Below, one piece after another: positions 27,610 to 34,004 of a stretch of 34,004 nucleotides of DNA. Origin of the DNA: an uncultured Bacilli bacterium. GTDB lineage: Bacteria; Bacillota_I; Bacilli_A; RF39; UBA660. A program made the translations under genes and the position numbers. The DNA lies in the NCBI GenBank assembly GCA_947599755.1, contig CANQFO010000003.1, positions 1 through 34,004 on the forward strand, read 5' to 3'. The notes beneath the pieces are model-generated. The model was not told where the DNA came from and did not search any database. It worked only from the letters and a program-made list of their open reading frames with translations. How positions within the stretch are numbered: position 1 is the first letter of the stretch; every line of letters begins with the position of its first letter.

Positions 27610-30600
27610 TGAAGAAGGAAAAAATATCATTGTATCAGCTGGAGCAGGAAGCGGAAAAACCGCAGTATTAACAGAACGCGTAATAAGAAAAATAAAAACA
27701 GGAACCCATATCAATGAATTATTAATTTTAACATTTACCAATGCTGCCGCAGCAGAGATGAAATTTAGAATTAGAAAAGCCATTCAAGAAAATGTTGGAC
27801 TAGAAGAAGAATTAAATTTAATTGATAGTGCCTACATTACAACTTTCGACTCATTTTCTTTATCAATAGTAAAAAAGTATCATACAAAATTAAATATAAC
27901 CAATAAAATCAAAATAACAGATGAAGTAATAATAGATTTAGCAAAAAATAAAATTTTAGACCAAATTATGGAAGAAAACTATTTATCTCCAAAACAAAAT
28001 TTTACAAAATTAATAGAAGATTTTTGTTTGAAAGATGATCTAGAATTAAAAAAAAGTATTCTAAATATATATAAAAAAATAGAATTGAGATATGATAAAG
28101 AGAAATATTTAGAAACATATATAAATAATTATTATCAAGAAAAAAATTTAGATAAATTAACCAAACAGTATTTAGAATTAATTGATACATATAGACAAAG
28201 AATTGCAACCTTACAAAAAGAACTAGAACTCTATTTTGATGGAGATTTTATAGCCAAAATAGAAGATAGTCTAAAAAAAATGCAACAAGCAAAAACCTAT
28301 GAAGAAATTAAAAATAATCTAGAAATAAAATTACCAGTAGCACCTAGAGGAAGTGAAAACCAAGGAAAAAAAATCAAATCAACGATTTCTGACTTAATCA
28401 AAGAAATCAAAAAACTTTGTATTTATCAATCAGAAGAAGAAATGAAAACAGAAATAAAAAGTACAAAAGAAAACGTAGAAACAATAATAAAAATCATCAG
28501 TGAATTAGATAGGCGATTAACCAAAAAAAAGCAACAAGAAGAACTTTATAATTTTACAGATATTTCTAGATTAGCAATTAAAGTAGTAGAAGAAAACAAA
28601 GAAATAAGAAATGAACTAACCAATAGTTTTAAAGAAATTTTAGTTGATGAATATCAAGATACATCAGATACTCAAGAGAAATTCATATCATTAATTGCGA
28701 ATAACAACGTTTATATGGTAGGAGATATTAAGCAATCAATTTATCGATTTAGAAATGCAAATCCATATATTTTTAAAAATAAATATGATGCATATAAAAA
28801 TAGTGATCAAGGAATAAAAATTGACTTAGTAAAAAATTTTCGTTCCAGAAAAGAAGTATTAGAAAATATAAATTTACTATTTAATCAATTTATGGATGAT
28901 GAAATAGGAGGAGCAGACTATAAATCATCTCATCAAATGATTTTTGGAAATATAGATTATTTAGAAAAGGGAAGCACCCCCCAAAATTATAACTTAGAAT
29001 TATTAACTTATGAAAATCCCGAAAAACAAATTCAAAAAGAAGAACAAGAAGCTTTTATCATTGGAAAAGATATTATAAAAAAAATGCAAGAAAAATTTTT
29101 AATTTTTGATAAAGAAGAAAAAAAATTACGATCAGTTCAGTATAGTGATTTTGTCATTTTATTAGATAAAAGTAAACATTTTGATTTATATAAAAAAATA
29201 TTTGAATATTTACATATCCCCCTTACTATTTTAAAAGATGAATCATTAAGAAAAGATCAAGATGTATTAGCAGTTAAAAATTTACTAAAATTATTAATCT
29301 GTATTAAAGAAAAAAAAGAAGATGAAGAATTTAAATATAGTTTTACTTCAGTATCAAGAAGTTTTCTATATCAAACAAAAGATGAAGAAATTTATGATGA
29401 TATCATGAATAATCAATATAAAGAAAGTCCACTTTATAAAAAATGTTTATCTCTAATTCAAGAAATAGATAATGTACCTGCTTCAATATTTTTAAATCAA
29501 GTATTAGAAAGTTTTCAATATGAAGAAAAATTAATTACAGTTGGTAAAGTAAAATCATTTAGAGTAAGAGCAGAATATTTTTACAATTTATGTAAAAATT
29601 TTGAAGAAAAAGGAAATACTATCTATGATTTTGTAGAATATTTAGAAAATATTTTTGAGAAGGATTATGATTTAAAATTTCAAATAAAGGAATCAAGTAG
29701 TAACAGTTGTAAAATCATGACTATTCACAAATCAAAGGGATTAGAATATCCAATTTGTTATTTCGCAGGTTTTTCCTCTAGATTTAATTTAAGTGAGTTA
29801 AAAGAAAAAATTTTATATGACAATGAATATGAAATAATAATTCCATCAGTAAAAGAATACTATAAAGATACAATCGCAAAAACCCTATTAAAAGAACAAA
29901 CAAAAAAAGAAGAAATATCAGAAAAAATAAGACTACTATATGTTGCTTTAACCAGAGCAAGAGAAAAAATAATCATAGTAGCACAAGAGCAAGAAGAACA
30001 AGAAGAACAATTAGATATGGTGCCAATAATAGAAAGAAAAAAATACAACAGTTTCTTAGCAATCCTAAAAAGTATATATAGTAGTATACTTCCATATCAA
30101 AAACAAGTAGAAATTCAAGTAACCAAGGAATACTTAAACTTAGAAAAAGGAATGCAAAAACAAAAAGCATTAACTCTAGATCAAGATTTACTAATAGTAA
30201 AAGAATTAGAAATTTCTCCAAAAGAAGTAGAAGAAAAAAGTTATTCCAAAAACATTCTTCATATGATATCAAAAGAAGAAAATGACATGATGAATTTTGG
30301 AACAAAAATACATGAAATTTTAGAACAAATTGATTTTAAAGATTCCTCATGGAAAAAAGAAAAAATTTCTCCCCAAATCAAAGAAAAAATTGAAAAATTT
30401 CTAAATACAAAATTAATTCAAGAAAATATAGAAGAAAAGATCTATAAAGAATATGAATTTACAACGAAAGAAGACAATGAAAATACCCATGGAATAATAG
30501 ATTTATTAATTGAAAAAAAAGATAAATTAATCATTATAGACTACAAATTAAAAAATATAGAAGATGAAAACTATGATAAACAACTAAATGGATACCGAGA

Positions 30601-30688
30601 AGTCATGAAGAAAAAAACAAATAAGAAAGTTGAATGCTATTTATATTCTATATTAGAAGAAAGATTTAGAAAAATAGAAGAAATATGA
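27575..30688 (+). CDS. addA: AddA/RexA UvrD-family helicase-nuclease
   Basis: SAGAGSGKT, TFTNAAAAEM, VDEYQD, GDIKQSIYRFR, NFRS, TIHKSKGLEYP, YVALTRA, GIIDLL...IDYK. Confidence 0.95.
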   Translation: MAWTKEQQQAIDEEGKNIIVSAGAGSGKTAVLTERVIRKIKTGTHINELLILTFTNAAAAEMKFRIRKAIQENVGLEEELNLIDSAYITTFDSFSLSIVKKYHTKLNITNKIKITDEVIIDLAKNKILDQIMEENYLSPKQNFTKLIEDFCLKDDLELKKSILNIYKKIELRYDKEKYLETYINNYYQEKNLDKLTKQYLELIDTYRQRIATLQKELELYFDGDFIAKIEDSLKKMQQAKTYEEIKNNLEIKLPVAPRGSENQGKKIKSTISDLIKEIKKLCIYQSEEEMKTEIKSTKENVETIIKIISELDRRLTKKKQQEELYNFTDISRLAIKVVEENKEIRNELTNSFKEILVDEYQDTSDTQEKFISLIANNNVYMVGDIKQSIYRFRNANPYIFKNKYDAYKNSDQGIKIDLVKNFRSRKEVLENINLLFNQFMDDEIGGADYKSSHQMIFGNIDYLEKGSTPQNYNLELLTYENPEKQIQKEEQEAFIIGKDIIKKMQEKFLIFDKEEKKLRSVQYSDFVILLDKSKHFDLYKKIFEYLHIPLTILKDESLRKDQDVLAVKNLLKLLICIKEKKEDEEFKYSFTSVSRSFLYQTKDEEIYDDIMNNQYKESPLYKKCLSLIQEIDNVPASIFLNQVLESFQYEEKLITVGKVKSFRVRAEYFYNLCKNFEEKGNTIYDFVEYLENIFEKDYDLKFQIKESSSNSCKIMTIHKSKGLEYPICYFAGFSSRFNLSELKEKILYDNEYEIIIPSVKEYYKDTIAKTLLKEQTKKEEISEKIRLLYVALTRAREKIIIVAQEQEEQEEQLDMVPIIERKKYNSFLAILKSIYSSILPYQKQVEIQVTKEYLNLEKGMQKQKALTLDQDLLIVKELEISPKEVEEKSYSKNILHMISKEENDMMNFGTKIHEILEQIDFKDSSWKKEKISPQIKEKIEKFLNTKLIQENIEEKIYKEYEFTTKEDNENTHGIIDLLIEKKDKLIIIDYKLKNIEDENYDKQLNGYREVMKKKTNKKVECYLYSILEERFRKIEEI

Positions 30689-30794
30689 TTGGAATTTCAA
30701 AAAAAGAAGCCAAAAAAATCAAAAAATGACTCCTATTTATGATAAAGAAAAAGTATACGAATATAATAAAGACTAAAAAGGATATATAATCTCT

Positions 30795-30823
30795 AAAAGT
30801 ACAGAATAATGATGTACTTTTTT
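30795..30823 (+). terminator. Probable terminator downstream of addA
   Basis: aaaagtaca / tgtactttttt inverted repeat. Confidence 0.6.
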
Positions 30824-30903
30824 ATTGCCTCCATTCTATAATCTATTGATTTCATTTTTCAATTAAATTTAAAATTTTTTAAAATTTTTTGAAACGATAA
30901 AAA

Positions 30904-30932
30904 TTGACAAATATAGATAAAAATGCTAAAAT
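30904..30932 (+). promoter_or_regulatory. sigmaA promoter with extended -10
   Basis: TTGACA-17 bp-TAAAAT with TG one base before the -10. Confidence 0.75.
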
Positions 30933-30965
30933 AAGCACCATATGTAAAAAAAGGGGATAAAAAAA

Positions 30966-31949
30966 ATGAAAATAACAACAATAGAAGAAAAAAATTCAAA
31001 AGAAGAAGAATTATATGAAGTGATTAAAAAAAATATTCAAGTAGCAGCAATGATGAAAAGTGAAATAGAACGCCTAAATATAGAAAAAGTTAACCAAGAT
31101 AGTCTCAAAAAGCAACCTGATATTTCTACAAATCCCAAAACAGATTATGATCACTCTTCTCAAACAGTTAATCAAGATTTTGAGGATGAAGTAAATTATT
31201 ACTTAGAAGAGATAAAAAAAATTTCCTATTCTCAAGATATGGAAGAGCAAATAAAAGAAATACTTCCCACACAAAAAAATTACCATTATCAAAAAATTGA
31301 TTTAAGAATTCAAGCAGAACTATTAAAAATAATTAAAGAGATTAATGAATTAATAATGGCAGAAGAAGATTCTATGACTATAGAAGATTTACAAGAATTT
31401 AAAGAGGAAATTAAAGAAAATCAAGCAAAAATCAAAATAATTAGTAAACTGCAAAAAATAACAAATATTCAAGAACAAACTGTAGAAAGAAATCATTTAA
31501 TTTTTGTTCCTACAGAAAATGGAAATATTCGTTTACTGGAAGAATTGAAAAAAATTGATTCTACTTATTATGAAGGATTCAAAGGTTTATTAGAATCAAT
31601 TAAAGATGGTAGTTTTAAAAATGTAAAAAGATTTGAGAGAGTCAATCGAAAGATGAGTGGAGTAAGTGAAGTAAAAGATTTTAAGATTAGAGTTGTCTTT
31701 GATAGAATTGGTCCACATGACTATGCAATTATTTCAGCATTTGTCAAAAAATCAGATATGGATAAATCATATGCAGAAACTTTACAAGAAAAAATATATT
31801 ATTACAGAAGACAAGCAAATAAGCTAAAACAACAGTTGAATGATGATGAATTTAGAGCAATGAATCAACGAACTGAAGAAGAAATATATAGAAGATTAAA
31901 AAATCAAAAAGAAATGAAAATTTTAAAGAAAGGTGAAATACATGATTGA
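30966..31949 (+). CDS. Coiled-coil protein with an embedded RelE/ParE/HigB-like domain
   Basis: SGVSEVKDFKIRVVFDRIGPHDYAIISAFVKKSD matches the G..E[RK]...R..F......I..AF.KK pattern. The N-terminal half is acidic and helical. Confidence 0.65.
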   Translation: MKITTIEEKNSKEEELYEVIKKNIQVAAMMKSEIERLNIEKVNQDSLKKQPDISTNPKTDYDHSSQTVNQDFEDEVNYYLEEIKKISYSQDMEEQIKEILPTQKNYHYQKIDLRIQAELLKIIKEINELIMAEEDSMTIEDLQEFKEEIKENQAKIKIISKLQKITNIQEQTVERNHLIFVPTENGNIRLLEELKKIDSTYYEGFKGLLESIKDGSFKNVKRFERVNRKMSGVSEVKDFKIRVVFDRIGPHDYAIISAFVKKSDMDKSYAETLQEKIYYYRRQANKLKQQLNDDEFRAMNQRTEEEIYRRLKNQKEMKILKKGEIHD

Positions 31950-33855
31950 TCAAAAGTTATATCAAGAGTTGAGAGAACAAACAAAAAAAAATATAGAAAA
32001 TAATGATATAGAAGAAGAATTAGCTTTTTTTCAACGAACTTTTAACAAAAATTCTTTTAATACTCAACCAAATAATATCATAAAAATAGATTTATGTGAT
32101 TTAGCAATAATTATGTTATGTCAAAAAACCAACCTTTCATACCAACAAATTCAAGAGAAGATAATGCATAATAGAAACTTCATTAAAGAAGTAACAGCAG
32201 AACTATTACAACGGATGATTATAGATATAGAAGAATTAAATATAGAAGAATTAGATATAGAAGAAATGAAACAAATCCAACAAGAAATAGAAAAAGAAAA
32301 TGGCAAAAGAAATAATCAGGAAATAAATAATTTTATTCAAGATGTTAATTTAGGATTTAATAATTTAATTGAATTATGTACGTTAGCAAAAAAAGAAACA
32401 GTAGAAGTATTAAAAGTAATTAGAGATATCAAAATTTTAAAATTTCAAAGAGAAATATTAAATATAGATTTTCAAAAATATAATATTTCTAGTAGCATGA
32501 AAGAAATGATATTTAAAGAAGTCATAAATAATTTAAATAAAAATAAAATAGTTGACTTAGATTTAGTCACTCAATCCATTCATGAGGCAAAAAAATATCT
32601 CCAAAAAATAATTGAAAAGAAAGAAAAAGAAAGTAAAAAACGAAAAAAAAGTATCTTAAATTATATCAATGTAGAAGAATGGCTTCAAAATCAAGATTCA
32701 AACCAAGAAATTAAAGAGATTAGTCCGTTTATTAAAAAGATTCCAGAAGAAAACCTTAGAATACAAATTTTACAAAACATTTATCGCCATAATTTAGCCT
32801 TTCAACAAAAAATAGAAAAGGAATATCAAAAAATATCAAAAGAATCCATTAACCAAATTTATGCTTTATGCAAACAATATGGAATAGATCCATTGCAAGT
32901 AAAAATTGATGGGACAAAGGATTTTGCAGAAATGAGTCAAATTTTAAAAACATTATGTTCTTGGGAAATTGAAAACCCTTGCGATCTAGTACAGATTTTA
33001 AATACAACCTCTTTATCTATGATAAATAAAATAAAAGATATGATTAATAAAGGATATATAATAGCAACATTAATCCAAGACCATCAAGAAATTTTTTATG
33101 AAGGTTCAAGAGAATATCAGAATTTAATTGCAAATATAGCAATATGTCAAGAAAAAGGTATTTCTCCTTATGTTATACAAAAAGCAAACGAAGTTTTACT
33201 AATTGATACCAATAAATGGCAAAAAAATATCGAAATACTAAAGAATTATCAATTAATCAATAATTTGAAAAATGCCCAATCATTAGCATTTTTAAAAGAG
33301 TCAAATTTAGACAAGAAAATTGATGAAGTATTAGAATTAGGAATGGAGCCATTTTTAGAAGAAGAGTTAAGTTTATTAAATTTTGATCAAAAACAATGGA
33401 AAAAAATCCTTTTATTAACTAGATTGAATATGTCTATTAACACGACTAATGAATTATTAGCAATATTAATGGACAAAAATTTTATCATTGAAGAAAGTAT
33501 ACTAGATGATTATCTTTATGATGCAAAAGTTTATGCCCAAAAACAAAATCCTTCAAAAGAAATTTCTAAGGAAAAACTAGACGAAGTTTTAAAAAAATAT
33601 ATTGCAAGTAATCGTACTTATTATATTAATGGAGTAATTATTTCTCAAAACAAAGTAAGAAGAAATTTAGAAACCAATCCAAATCAAACATTATATTATC
33701 AAGAAATATTAGATAGTATTACAGAAGGAAAAAAATTTACAGAAGATGAATATGAAAAAATACAAACCCAATTAGAAAAAGATTTATTCATAACTACTAA
33801 AAGTGAAAAACCAATACAAAAAAGAAAGAATCAACAGAATGTAGAATTGGGTTGA
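31942..33855 (+). CDS. Large all-helical hypothetical protein with degenerate helical repeats
   Basis: SD GAAAGGTGA favours ATG 31942 over GTG 31933. Overlaps the upstream stop. No catalytic motif seen. Confidence 0.75.
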   Translation: MIDQKLYQELREQTKKNIENNDIEEELAFFQRTFNKNSFNTQPNNIIKIDLCDLAIIMLCQKTNLSYQQIQEKIMHNRNFIKEVTAELLQRMIIDIEELNIEELDIEEMKQIQQEIEKENGKRNNQEINNFIQDVNLGFNNLIELCTLAKKETVEVLKVIRDIKILKFQREILNIDFQKYNISSSMKEMIFKEVINNLNKNKIVDLDLVTQSIHEAKKYLQKIIEKKEKESKKRKKSILNYINVEEWLQNQDSNQEIKEISPFIKKIPEENLRIQILQNIYRHNLAFQQKIEKEYQKISKESINQIYALCKQYGIDPLQVKIDGTKDFAEMSQILKTLCSWEIENPCDLVQILNTTSLSMINKIKDMINKGYIIATLIQDHQEIFYEGSREYQNLIANIAICQEKGISPYVIQKANEVLLIDTNKWQKNIEILKNYQLINNLKNAQSLAFLKESNLDKKIDEVLELGMEPFLEEELSLLNFDQKQWKKILLLTRLNMSINTTNELLAILMDKNFIIEESILDDYLYDAKVYAQKQNPSKEISKEKLDEVLKKYIASNRTYYINGVIISQNKVRRNLETNPNQTLYYQEILDSITEGKKFTEDEYEKIQTQLEKDLFITTKSEKPIQKRKNQQNVELG

Positions 33856-33941
33856 ATGAAAAGTAAATGTCTATTTAAGTAAGAAAGTAATTAAATGCAA
33901 GAGAGAATGGGAGAAAAAATTAAAAAAATGTGAAAAATTTT

Positions 33942-33990
33942 TGAAAATGTCCCTATTTTTGGAAAGTAATAATTAGTGAAAATGTCCCTA
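33942..33990. repeat. 14-bp perfect direct repeat, two copies
   Basis: tgaaaatgtcccta at 33942-33955 and 33977-33990 (35-bp period). Confidence 0.8.
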
Positions 33991-34004
33991 ACAAAAAATA
34001 TGAA

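Noticed and set aside
4244-30305. Minus-strand ORFs in the track (e.g. 4244-4495, 6668-6853, 10546-10737, 12866-13351, 22061-22375, 29973-30305)
   Set aside because: They overlap well-supported + strand genes and are F/L/I/S-rich mirrors of A-rich sequence. Only the XRE gene is credible on the minus strand.
33942-33990. CRISPR array
   Set aside because: The repeat (14 bp) and spacer (21 bp) are too short, there are only two copies, and no cas genes are in the window.
1-34004. Mycoplasma-type genetic code 4 or phage origin
   Set aside because: TGA terminates conserved genes at the expected ends with ATGA overlaps. Housekeeping rpmF and addAB are present and no phage structural genes were seen.

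Overview
Very AT-rich bacterial chromosomal window with almost all genes on the + strand. TGA is used as stop (code 11), and sigmaA-type promoters and Bacillota-type SD sites are present. Gene style suggests a genome-reduced Bacilli lineage such as RF39 (inference). Left to right: (1) the 3' end of an accessory operon with a HerA/DUF87-like ATPase, two paralogous helical proteins, a variant Lgt and a Cys-cluster membrane protein; (2) a HI0933 flavoprotein / FAD dehydrogenase / MYG1 operon; (3) a Clp-like ATPase with a single AAA module; (4) a ~14 kb cell-surface block with an XRE regulator and palindromic operator, an InlB-B/Big_2 protein, a 1769-aa secreted repeat protein, a thioredoxin-fold protein and a SipW/TasA-like fibre operon; (5) yceD-rpmF and addB-addA; (6) a two-gene operon with a RelE/HigB-like domain. 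The most striking observation is that ribosomal protein L32 carries an N-terminal extension (MMKLNIQMF|AVP) matching the Prp-cleaved pro-peptide known from Bacillota L27. No rRNA, tRNA, CRISPR array or transposase was recognised. All family calls come from motif reading by eye, not database searches.
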